Source: Actinomycetota bacterium
GTDB lineage: Bacteria > Actinomycetota > CADDZG01 > JAHWKV01
Assembly: GCA_019347715.1 (NCBI GenBank)
Contig: JAHWKU010000002.1
Location: 211,510 to 275,509, forward strand
DNA length: 64,000 bases
Direction of reading: 5' to 3'
Every line of letters starts with the position of its first letter. Position 1 is the stretch's first letter. The notes under the pieces were generated by a model, which made no database searches, was not told the origin of the DNA, and saw nothing but the letters and a program-made list of their open reading frames with translations. The position numbers and the translations under genes were made by a program. Positions 50,004 to 58,370 of this stretch are shown piece by piece.

Positions 50004-50681
50004 ATGTTGAGACGTGGCCGAATCATCGTATCGATGCTGTTAGTGCTCGTACTCTTGGTTGTGCCTGCGGCCGTCGCGCATGCCCACGACGAACAGCAGA
50101 CTTGCCCGGATGCGGAGGGCGATACAGACAACAGACACCCATCAGGCAACGACAGACACTGCGAGTCCGGAGATTCATTCCCCCAGGGCAACGCGCAGAG
50201 TGATCCGGACGGGACCAGCAACGGTGGCGTTGATCAGCCGGGAGGACAAGGCGGCGATGATCACGCCGATCAGGACGCAAACAACGGCTGCGGCAACGAC
50301 GACGATTTCGAGGACGACAATAATGGCCGCTGCTTGGGTCGCCAGCCTGGGCAAACGCTTTCCCAAGAGCAAACTGAATCCAATAACGGCTCCGTCGTTG
50401 AAATCCCGAGAAAGAGTGCAGTGCTCGGGGCCGACAAGAAGCGCTCTGTTGTGGAGGAGGCGGCAGTCCTGGGCGAAACAGACAAAGCAGAAACATCAGT
50501 GCTTGGAGCTGGGTTTGCGAGACCCTCGTCGCCCCCTACGGCCGTTCTCGGAGTGGAATTCGTGAGAGGACAGGTCCTGGCAGCAACCGGTGCTCCCTTG
50601 ATCGTGCTGGGCCTGTTGAGCCTGGGTCTTATCACTTCCGGGATGGTCGTAAGGCGGACCGCCCGGAGGCGTACACGGTAG
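50004..50681 (+). CDS. Secreted Cys/Asp-rich surface protein with VLG repeats and LAATG sorting-like signal (paralog A)
   Basis: Signal peptide ending AHA, four-Cys acidic domain, 4 VLG repeats, LAATG + TM + RRTARRRTR. Confidence 0.8.
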   Translation: MLRRGRIIVSMLLVLVLLVVPAAVAHAHDEQQTCPDAEGDTDNRHPSGNDRHCESGDSFPQGNAQSDPDGTSNGGVDQPGGQGGDDHADQDANNGCGNDDDFEDDNNGRCLGRQPGQTLSQEQTESNNGSVVEIPRKSAVLGADKKRSVVEEAAVLGETDKAETSVLGAGFARPSSPPTAVLGVEFVRGQVLAATGAPLIVLGLLSLGLITSGMVVRRTARRRTR

Positions 50682-50755
50682 GACGCAAGGTCTCACCCAG
50701 AGCTGGCGTTCATGCAAGCTCTGGCGGCCCACGCTAACCTGCATTGTTCTCACCA

Positions 50756-50829
50756 GGCGGCGTGGCCGAGTGGTTAGGCAGGGGTCTGCAAAACCCCGTA
50801 CCGCGGTTCAATTCCGCGCGCCGCCTCCA
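50756..50829 (+). tRNA. tRNA-Cys(GCA)
   Basis: GGCGGCG acceptor stem, GGGGT-CTGCAAA-ACCCC, encoded CCA. Confidence 0.96.
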
Positions 50830-50862
50830 ATCCTGGCGTTCTATACTCGGCGAACCCGAAAC

Positions 50863-50934
50863 GGGCGCATAGCTCAGGGGGAGAGCGCTACCTTGACACG
50901 GTAGAGGTCCGAGGTTCAAATCCTCGTGCGCCCA
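50863..50934 (+). tRNA. tRNA-Val(GAC)
   Basis: GGGCGCA acceptor stem, CTACC-TTGACAC-GGTAG. Confidence 0.96.
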
Positions 50935-51138
50935 CGAAGCCCCGCAGGTGGAAGGCGTTTTCTGTCATTTGGGAAGAGGGTTCGAGTCCGCCTCGGCCAC
51001 AAACTTGCCATAAACGAGGATCAGGCATTCGACTTAGAAGCTTGAGTCGCTTGGGGCTTTCGATTTAGCCGACAAGCCAGAGTCGCCGAATGCATCCAAA
51101 CGTTAATCCGGAAGTGCCGTCGTCATCACTAGACGCTA

Positions 51139-52524
51139 CTACTCCGCCGCACTTCCAAAGAAGGGGATACTGCCGAAGGTGAAGACGCCCCCATCCTCCC
51201 CGTTGAGCCAATAGCCGTCACCGCTGGGGTGGGCCGCGATCCCAACCACAGGGGCGCGCAGCTGGAAGTTCGCCGCGCTGCCGTAAAAGGGGATGTCCCC
51301 GAAGGTGAAGATGCCGCCGTCGGCCGCAACCAGCCAGTAGCCCTGGCCGCTGGGGTGCGCCGCGATCCCAACCACCGGGGCGCGCAGCGGGAAGTTCGCC
51401 GCGCTGCCGTAAAAGGGGATGTCCCCGAAGGTGAAGATGCCGCCGTCGGCCGCAACCAGCCAGTAGCCCTGTCCGCTGGGGTGCGCCGCCATCCCCATCA
51501 CGGGCGCACGCAACTGATAGTTCGCCGCGCTGCCGTGGAACGCTGCGTCCCAAGAGAACACTGCCCCGTCGGACGCTACCTGCCAGTATCCAGTGCCGTC
51601 GAGGTCCGGCCTCACTCCGACCACAGGGGCGTTCAGCCTTATCCCACTGGCGGATCCCCTCTCCTCATCGATGTCACGGTTACCTGAAGAGAGGGCATAG
51701 AGTTCTCCCCCAAACGCCGACGCCAGCACGCCGCTACCATCCGGATCGGCTGCGAATCCGATGACTCCAGTGTCTATCGAATAGTGCTGCTCGATTTTGC
51801 CCTGAGCCTGCGCCTGGCCGAACGACCAGGTCTCTCCTATGGGCGAGATGAGCCAGTAGCCGTCTCCGGCCACGGTCACTGCCATGCGGGGGCCGGGCAT
51901 GGCCGAGGGGATGTTTCGCAGCACCCTTCCGCTCTGAAGCCTCGCCAGCTGTTGTCGCTCGTGATCCAGGGGGATGCCGTTGGGGTGGCAGGAACCCGTT
52001 CCTTTGGACTGCTGCATCATGAGCGGAGCGGGCCCTCCCCCAGGACACTCGGCGTGATCCATCCCAAGCCAGTGGGCCATCTCATGCCTAAGCAGGTACT
52101 TGCGATACACCTCAACCGATCCGCCGAACTGCGGAGTGGTGTTTCTCCAGTTCTCGTCGTTGATCAGAATCTCGTTCCCGACTCTGCACGAATAACTCTC
52201 GTCACACACCCCTGCGCTCCTGCCGATCTCCTCGGGGGACGCAAGGACTATTCGCAGGTCTTCTCCTGACGCAACAATCTGGAAACGCAGGCTGCCGCCC
52301 AGCGAGAGTCCTCTGAGATCAGCGAAGATCGTTCGGACATCGTGACGGAAGGACCCGAGGGCGTAGTGGGTCTCGCCGCGACTCGTCACTCGATAGCGAT
52401 AGGTACGGTCCCCCTCGCCTGCCGAGACGGGAAGGCCCAAGAGAAGGCTAGCCATGACGGCGCAGGCTGCTGCGAGGGCGTATCGCCGGAGTTTGTATCC
52501 ATGGAAGGAGCCCATAAGGATCAT
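51139..52524 (-). CDS. Secreted DUF3152-like zinc metallopeptidase with C-terminal GYWLVAADGG repeats
   Basis: Signal peptide, YSCR...INDENW...HEMAHWLG...APLMMQQS, then 42-aa repeats. Confidence 0.82.
   Translation of the reverse strand: MILMGSFHGYKLRRYALAAACAVMASLLLGLPVSAGEGDRTYRYRVTSRGETHYALGSFRHDVRTIFADLRGLSLGGSLRFQIVASGEDLRIVLASPEEIGRSAGVCDESYSCRVGNEILINDENWRNTTPQFGGSVEVYRKYLLRHEMAHWLGMDHAECPGGGPAPLMMQQSKGTGSCHPNGIPLDHERQQLARLQSGRVLRNIPSAMPGPRMAVTVAGDGYWLISPIGETWSFGQAQAQGKIEQHYSIDTGVIGFAADPDGSGVLASAFGGELYALSSGNRDIDEERGSASGIRLNAPVVGVRPDLDGTGYWQVASDGAVFSWDAAFHGSAANYQLRAPVMGMAAHPSGQGYWLVAADGGIFTFGDIPFYGSAANFPLRAPVVGIAAHPSGQGYWLVAADGGIFTFGDIPFYGSAANFQLRAPVVGIAAHPSGDGYWLNGEDGGVFTFGSIPFFGSAAE
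51142..51640 (-). repeat. 126-bp intragenic tandem repeats (about 4 copies)
   Basis: GAAGGTGAAGA recurs at 51175, 51301 and 51427; central copies nearly identical. Confidence 0.9.
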
Positions 52525-52614
52525 CTACCCGAGGTGCGTTAGACCATACTGGTCCTCGGCGCGCCCTCGAATTCGTGACGGCGTCAGCCCCTTCCGTGAT
52601 CCGCGTCGATGTCG

Positions 52615-52637
52615 TACACTTCCGAACATATGTTCGA
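52615..52637 (+). promoter_or_regulatory. -10 element and LexA box overlapping the helicase start
   Basis: TACACT (52615) then CCGAAC-ATAT-GTTCGA (52622-37) containing ATG 52630. Confidence 0.8.
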
Positions 52638-54678
52638 AAGAGAGCTCGACTCACGCTTGAACCGCTTGCAGATCCAGGCAGTGCAGCACCGTGGCTCGCC
52701 TCTCATGATCCTCGCCGGGGCAGGAAGCGGGAAGACTCGCGTCCTCGCTTACCGAGTCGCCTCTCTGATCGAGTCCGGTGTTCCCCCCAACCGGATACTG
52801 CTTCTCACGTTCACGCGTCGGGCTGCTAGAGAGATGCTGACGCGTGCCCGGCGCCTCACGGATCGATCGGTATCGGGACAGGTTGTGGGCGGCACCTTCC
52901 ATTCGGTAGCCAATCGGCTTCTTAGAAGTTATGGGCCGGCCCTCGGCGTGTCCTCGAATTTCACCGTCATGGACAGCGCGGACAGCGCTGATCTAATGCG
53001 TCTCGTTTCGCAGGAGCTCGGTGTCATCACCGAAAGAAGGTTTCCGAAGAAAGAGACGCTCGCCGCCATCTATTCACGGACAGTGAACACGGGGACGCGG
53101 ATGGATGAAGTGCTTCAGCAGTACTTCCCGTGGTGTGTTCCCGAAGCAGACGGAATACGGGAAGTGTGCGAGGCATACACCGCGCGTAAACGCGAACACG
53201 CTGTTCTCGATTTAGACGATCTCCTTCTCTACTGGGCCGCTGCACTGAATGCTCCAGGAGTTGGAGAAACCATTGCAGGTCTCTATGACCACGTTCTCGT
53301 GGATGAATATCAGGATACGAACACGACCCAGGCCGACATAATTTCAGGGCTTGCACGAAAGACTGGCAACGTAACGGTCGTCGGTGACGACTTTCAGGCC
53401 ATCTACTCTTTCAGAGCAGCGAGCGTCAAGAATCTCTATGAGTTCCCAGAGCGTTTTCCGAGCGCGACTGTCCTCACGCTCGATCAGAACTATCGATCCA
53501 CATCCCCAATTCTTTCGGTTGCCAATAGCGTCATGGCCGAGGCGGATGAAGGATTCAAGAAGGAACTCTGGTCAGATAGGCCGGGTAGTGAGAAACCGAG
53601 GCTTGTTATTTGCTCCGATGAGGACGCTCAATCGGATGCCGTCTGTAAAAGGGTTCTCGAGCTTCGCGACGAAGGATTGATGCTGCGTCATCAAGCCGTT
53701 CTTTTTCGAGCGGCTTATCACAGCGACCGGCTGGAACTGGAGCTGACACGCCGCAATATCCCATTCGTGAAGTACGGAGGCATCGTTCTTTTGGAGCGAG
53801 CGCACGTCAAGGACACTCTCGCCACACTACGCGTCCTCGTGAACCCACACGACGAGCTCGCGTGGCTTCGAGTGTTGTCGCTGCTTGAAGGGGTTGGGCC
53901 GGCTACCGCGCGCAACATAATCGAGTGGATCGGGGTCAGAGGCAGCCCAGAGAAAGATGAGAAGTCTCCGCTCCGCAAACTCGTCGATGAGCCTCCTCGA
54001 GTGCCGAAGGCTGCGGCTGAGGGCATGGACTCGCTTCGGCGCCTCGTCGAAGGGTCCCTCAATGCTGAGTCGGCGAGAGCAGCCGACGAGCTAGAACGAG
54101 CTGGATCGTTCTTGGAGAAGGTCTTCTTGAGAAAGTACGACGATGCACCAGCGAGGATCGACGACGTCCGCCAGCTAGCTCGCGTCGCAGAACAGTATCC
54201 GAGCCTTTCGCGTTTCCTCACAGAACTGACGCTTGATCCCCCGCTTGCCACTCAGGATCTGGCCCGTCCTCCAACGCGCGATGACGACTGGCTCATCCTC
54301 AGCACAATCCATTCCGCGAAGGGGGATGAGTGGGAGGCGGTACATCTCATATCTGCGGCCGACGGAGCGATTCCGTCTGACATGTCTGCCGACAAGGAAG
54401 GTATCGATGAGGAAAGAAGGCTTTTCTACGTGGCGATAACCCGCGCAAAGAGGTGGCTTTCGATCTACTTTCCGCTGCGGTGGTTTCGCAGACGGGGAGG
54501 CGTTGACGACAGGCACGACTATGCGCAGCTGACCAGGTTCTTGCCGGATTCGATCCGGCCCCTGTTCGACGAGGAAGTGGTGGAACACGAGATGAGCCCC
54601 GACATCGAACACGCGCAGGCGGAAGGCAAACCTGCCGAGACCGTCGACCGTCTTTTGACGTCGCTGTTCTCAAAGTAG
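52630..54678 (+). CDS. UvrD/Rep-family ATP-dependent helicase
   Basis: AGAGSGKT, VDEYQD, GDDFQAIYSFR, NYRS, STIHSAKG, EERRLFYVAITRA. Confidence 0.93.
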   Translation: MFERELDSRLNRLQIQAVQHRGSPLMILAGAGSGKTRVLAYRVASLIESGVPPNRILLLTFTRRAAREMLTRARRLTDRSVSGQVVGGTFHSVANRLLRSYGPALGVSSNFTVMDSADSADLMRLVSQELGVITERRFPKKETLAAIYSRTVNTGTRMDEVLQQYFPWCVPEADGIREVCEAYTARKREHAVLDLDDLLLYWAAALNAPGVGETIAGLYDHVLVDEYQDTNTTQADIISGLARKTGNVTVVGDDFQAIYSFRAASVKNLYEFPERFPSATVLTLDQNYRSTSPILSVANSVMAEADEGFKKELWSDRPGSEKPRLVICSDEDAQSDAVCKRVLELRDEGLMLRHQAVLFRAAYHSDRLELELTRRNIPFVKYGGIVLLERAHVKDTLATLRVLVNPHDELAWLRVLSLLEGVGPATARNIIEWIGVRGSPEKDEKSPLRKLVDEPPRVPKAAAEGMDSLRRLVEGSLNAESARAADELERAGSFLEKVFLRKYDDAPARIDDVRQLARVAEQYPSLSRFLTELTLDPPLATQDLARPPTRDDDWLILSTIHSAKGDEWEAVHLISAADGAIPSDMSADKEGIDEERRLFYVAITRAKRWLSIYFPLRWFRRRGGVDDRHDYAQLTRFLPDSIRPLFDEEVVEHEMSPDIEHAQAEGKPAETVDRLLTSLFSK

Positions 54679-54696
54679 GTCTTTGAGGTCAGCCTG

Positions 54697-55518
54697 CTAT
54701 TTTTCTTGCTTTGGTAGCTTGTATTGGGTGACTGGGACTTTTGCCTTATAGCCGCTCAGCAGAGACATGATCTTCTCTCTGAGCAACGGCTCTGTGACAC
54801 CAAACTTTTGCAGGACCTGGGCACCCACGCCGTCACCCTCCTGGAACAGAGCCAGTGCGATGTGTTCGGTGCCGATGTAGTTGTCTCCCAGGTTACTAGC
54901 CTCCCTCAGGGACATCTCGAGGACCTTCCTAGCCCTGGCCGTAAACGGGAGGTGTCCAGTTGGCTTGGTCGACCCAGTGCCGATCATCTCTTTGACTTCC
55001 TTGCGCGCTTCCTTCAGAGGAACCCCGAGATTGGATAGAGCGAGCGCACCTACTCCCTGTCCCTCGGAGATGAGTCCCAAAAGGATGTGCTCGGTGCCGA
55101 TGTAATTGTGTTGCAAGCCCCTCGCTTCTTCCTGCGACAGCACGATTACTCTTCTGGCCCTGTCGGTGAATCTTTCGAACATGCCCTTACTTCCGGTCGG
55201 AGGCCTTACCTCGGTTAACCACTTGACGAACTCCCTGAGCGAAGCCTCCGAAACGCGCCAGCCCCCGCCGAGCTGGATGGCTTGCAGCTTTCCATCACGG
55301 ATGTATTCGCCGACTGTCCGGGGATGGACCTCGAGGATCTCGGCCACCTCGGCAGCGGTCAGCATCTCCCCAAAGAGCTCCTCTTTCAGGGTCTGGAGTT
55401 TTTGCTTACGAGCGTCGGCCGACAGGGAGGCCTTCTTGACGGGTTTTGACCTTGCCCGAGAACTCTTGGAATTGCGCGGGCTCTTGGCCTTCGGGGAAGA
55501 CTTCTTACGTGGCGGCAT
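54697..55518 (-). CDS. HTH_17 (excisionase/MerR-like) domain fused to a ClpC N-terminal domain
   Basis: LTAAEVAEILEVHPRTV...GGGWRV then MFERFTDRARRVIVLSQEEAR...IGTEHILLGL; no AAA+ module. Confidence 0.88.
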   Translation of the reverse strand: MPPRKKSSPKAKSPRNSKSSRARSKPVKKASLSADARKQKLQTLKEELFGEMLTAAEVAEILEVHPRTVGEYIRDGKLQAIQLGGGWRVSEASLREFVKWLTEVRPPTGSKGMFERFTDRARRVIVLSQEEARGLQHNYIGTEHILLGLISEGQGVGALALSNLGVPLKEARKEVKEMIGTGSTKPTGHLPFTARARKVLEMSLREASNLGDNYIGTEHIALALFQEGDGVGAQVLQKFGVTEPLLREKIMSLLSGYKAKVPVTQYKLPKQEK

Positions 55519-55751
55519 ACTGAAGTAGGTAGAGGATGATCCGGATGCTAACGCAGTGTGCGGAGAAAAGCAAACGCGACTCGACTGACCGCAAAGTGTC
55601 GTGGGCGGTTCGATCGGGTGAAACCTATGTCCCCTTTACGGGCCTCGGTGTTCCCGTGATGACACGGCTCCGACTGAGGGAACGCTCGCTGTTGGACGGT
55701 GCGGGCGAAAGGCCCACGAGAAGGCAAGGAATCTCCGAACCATCCAAATAG

Positions 55752-55781
55752 AAACGGGCCCCCCGTTGGGGGCCCGTTTTG
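55752..55781. terminator. Bidirectional intrinsic terminator
   Basis: AAACGGGCCCCC-CGTT-GGGGGCCCGTTTT. Confidence 0.85.
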
Positions 55782-55800
55782 TTCGCCTAACCTTACCCGT

Positions 55801-56565
55801 TTACTCCCAGATGATTCCTGTGGGCGCAACCGCTTCCGACTGCGTCTTCGACATCCGGACCATGATCAGCCCGGCGATGGCGAGGAGCAGGCCTGCCAGC
55901 AGAAGAGTTGAGCTGTCGATCCCAGTTGCGGCCAGTGCCTGGCCTCGAACCCACTGTTCTCCGAGAACCGCAGTTCCCTTCGGTCCTGTCGACCTTACGA
56001 ATCCTGCTCCGAGAACCTCGGTGGTCTTGGGGGCCAGAGTTGCGCCACCAGACAGAACCTCGATCATCGGGCTTGCAGTCGTGGCCGATCCTGACCCAAG
56101 GACTTCTGTAGGACCATTGGTGACTGATCCTGATCCAAGGACTTCTGAAGGGCTACTGGTGGAGCCATTGCTGTCTCCAGCAATCTCTTCTACCTTGGCG
56201 CTGCGGGCCTTCGGGTTCTTGCCGCACCAACCTTCGTTGTCGTCCTCAAAGTCGTCGTCGTTTCCGCAGCCGTTATTTCCGTCCTGGTCGGCATGGTCGA
56301 CTCCACCGGTTTCCCCGGCCTGATCCATCCCACCGTTGGTGCGATCGGGACCACGCCCGTCGTCGTCTGGATCCGACTTCGCCTTACCCTGAGTTCCGGA
56401 TCCTCCGGATTCGCAATGCCTATCCTTGCCGGACGGATGCTGGTTGTCTGTATCTCCGAGCAAGTCTGGGCAGGTCTGGTCCTCGTGGTGGGCCAGGGCC
56501 GGAAGGGCCATGAGACTCAGTGCTACTGCAACTATCGTGAAAAAGACACCTATACGTCTAAACAT
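55801..56565 (-). CDS. Secreted Cys/Asp-rich surface protein with VLG repeats and LAATG sorting-like signal (paralog B)
   Basis: Signal peptide ending ALA, same four-Cys domain as paralog A, 5 VLG/VLS repeats, LAATG + TM. Confidence 0.8.
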   Translation of the reverse strand: MFRRIGVFFTIVAVALSLMALPALAHHEDQTCPDLLGDTDNQHPSGKDRHCESGGSGTQGKAKSDPDDDGRGPDRTNGGMDQAGETGGVDHADQDGNNGCGNDDDFEDDNEGWCGKNPKARSAKVEEIAGDSNGSTSSPSEVLGSGSVTNGPTEVLGSGSATTASPMIEVLSGGATLAPKTTEVLGAGFVRSTGPKGTAVLGEQWVRGQALAATGIDSSTLLLAGLLLAIAGLIMVRMSKTQSEAVAPTGIIWE

Positions 56566-56602
56566 TTGCTGCTTCCCGTCCTCGTCCGTTCCCCGAACGA
56601 AG

Positions 56603-56682
56603 GGCGGGTCGGTCTCGCCATTAGCTCCCCCGGTCCACAAGGCGACCGTATAAGTGATCCGGGATCAAAGCTCCCCTCTACT
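56603..56682 (-). ncRNA. Cyclic di-GMP-II riboswitch
   Basis: GGGGAGC-UUUGAU-CCCGGAUCAC..GGUCGCCUU-GUGGACCGGG-GGAGCUAAUGGCGAGACCGACCC; pseudoknot UCGCC/GGCGA; lies in the 5' UTR. Confidence 0.8.
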
Positions 56683-56770
56683 CAGACCTGGGACGGTTCC
56701 TCCTTTCGCTCATTAGTGGTTCAGGTCCGAGACCAGCTCTAATCTTTTGTGACTAGTCACTGTTAGTTAT

Positions 56771-56797
56771 CTATCGACACTAAGAGTAGGCGCTTGA
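56771..56797 (-). promoter_or_regulatory. Putative sigma28 (FliA/WhiG)-type promoter
   Basis: TCAA-N15-GTCGATAG versus consensus TAAA-N15-GCCGATAA. Confidence 0.55.
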
Positions 56798-56913
56798 GCC
56801 TGACCCCCAAGTATTTCTTCGCGCTGGGAGTGTTGTTTCTGTAAACAACTGTGGCGAAAAGGACAAGTCGGTCACCGTTTGCTCGAAATCGGGCCCGATG
56901 CCAGACTCCGGCC

Positions 56914-57543
56914 ATGAACTTTCTCGACGCGGCGGTATCCGACTACATGGCCGACCTGTGCAAACGCTTCGAGCATCCCGTCCTGGTCGAGATGGAAAAG
57001 CAGGCCTCAGAGGAGGGGTTCCCTATCGTGGGAAGGACCGTTGGAGCAGCCCTTTTGACCTTTGCCTCGGCAGTCGGCGCCAGACGAGTCATGGAGCTTG
57101 GTTCAGGATTCGGCTACTCCGCCTATTGGTTCGCTCAGGCGGTCGGGCAACAAGGGGAGGTCATATTGACGGATGGTGATTCAGCGAACCAGGAGAAGGC
57201 TACCGACTATCTCTCTCGGCTCGGCGTAGGCGATCGGTGTCGGTTCGTCGTAGGGGATGCTTTGGAGTCTTTGGGAAACGAACAAGGTGAGTTCGACATC
57301 GTCTACTGCGACATCGACAAGCACGACTACCCGCGGGCATTTGCTTCAGCCAGGCAACGGATCCGTTCTGGCGGCTTGTATATGTGCGACAACGTCCTTT
57401 GGTCGGGACGAGTAGCTACCGATGACGCCGATGAGTGGACTCAGGCGATCCGAACCCACAATGAGGCGGTCTACGGAGCGGACGACTTTCTCCCCGTTAT
57501 AGTGCCCATCCGCGACGGGGTGGTTGTTGCCCTGAAGAAGTAG
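56914..57543 (+). CDS. O-methyltransferase (Methyltransf_3 family)
   Basis: ELGSGFGYS, DIDKHDY, DNVLWSG, PIRDG. Confidence 0.88.
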   Translation: MNFLDAAVSDYMADLCKRFEHPVLVEMEKQASEEGFPIVGRTVGAALLTFASAVGARRVMELGSGFGYSAYWFAQAVGQQGEVILTDGDSANQEKATDYLSRLGVGDRCRFVVGDALESLGNEQGEFDIVYCDIDKHDYPRAFASARQRIRSGGLYMCDNVLWSGRVATDDADEWTQAIRTHNEAVYGADDFLPVIVPIRDGVVVALKK

Positions 57544-57556
57544 GAAGCTGTTCGGC

Positions 57557-58183
57557 TCAGACCGGTGTCAGATGAATCTGCAGATCCGATTCCTGCAATT
57601 CGATTTTCAGGGCTTTGAGTGCCCGATACTGCAGGACTCTGACTGCCCCTTCGCTGCGCTCCATAGCTTCAGCTACTTGGCTGCCTGAATCGCCCTTCAA
57701 GAATCGCCTCTCGAGGACCTCTCGGTGTTCCGGGCGAAGCCGTGTCATGGCTCCTCTTACGTTTTCCGCGTCGAGGGAGGATAAAACGGTGTGTTCCAAC
57801 AGATCCTCGTCGGCAAGTTCCGGAGTGGCGTGGTGCAGGACCTCACGCCTGTGCTGGGCGCTCTTCAGCTGATCCAGAAGGATGTTTCGAGCGATCCTGA
57901 TGAGCCAGGCTGAAACCTCCTGGCCTCTGAACTCGTATCGGTTGATGTTCTTGAGCGCCCGCACGAATACTTCCGCCACCACGTCTTCCACCCTGGAAGA
58001 TTCGACTCGGTTGGCTACAAAACGATGAACGCACGAGACATATGCTCGATAGAGGGCTGCAAATGCCTGGGAGTCGCCTAACTTCACACGCTGGACAAGG
58101 TCCTCAGTCTCGGAGATCGAAAGAGAGCCACACCAGCGCGATGGGATCGGTGAAGCGTCCTGCAGTTCTGTGGCTGCGAACAT
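57557..58183 (-). CDS. ECF sigma factor, BldN-like
   Basis: AFAALY, EDVVAEVFVRAL, AWLIRIARN, SEGAVRVLQYRAL. Confidence 0.88.
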   Translation of the reverse strand: MFAATELQDASPIPSRWCGSLSISETEDLVQRVKLGDSQAFAALYRAYVSCVHRFVANRVESSRVEDVVAEVFVRALKNINRYEFRGQEVSAWLIRIARNILLDQLKSAQHRREVLHHATPELADEDLLEHTVLSSLDAENVRGAMTRLRPEHREVLERRFLKGDSGSQVAEAMERSEGAVRVLQYRALKALKIELQESDLQIHLTPV

Positions 58184-58370
58184 AACTCTCCCCCGACGAA
58201 TAAAAGACTAGCCCAAAAGTACTAGTTCTTTCGACCAAAAGGATAGCTACTAAAGCAAGTTGAGCCATCCGACTGACAAGTTGATCTCACTAGCTCATGG
58301 GAATGAGCCTCTCAGCTCACCAAAGCAAGCTTACAGCCGTTACGAGATGCGATGGGATAATTTCCCGGAA

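Noticed and set aside
55560-55750. Group II intron fragment or hammerhead ribozyme
   Set aside because: No convincing domain V or CUGANGA/GAAA core arrangement; kept only as an unassigned RNA candidate
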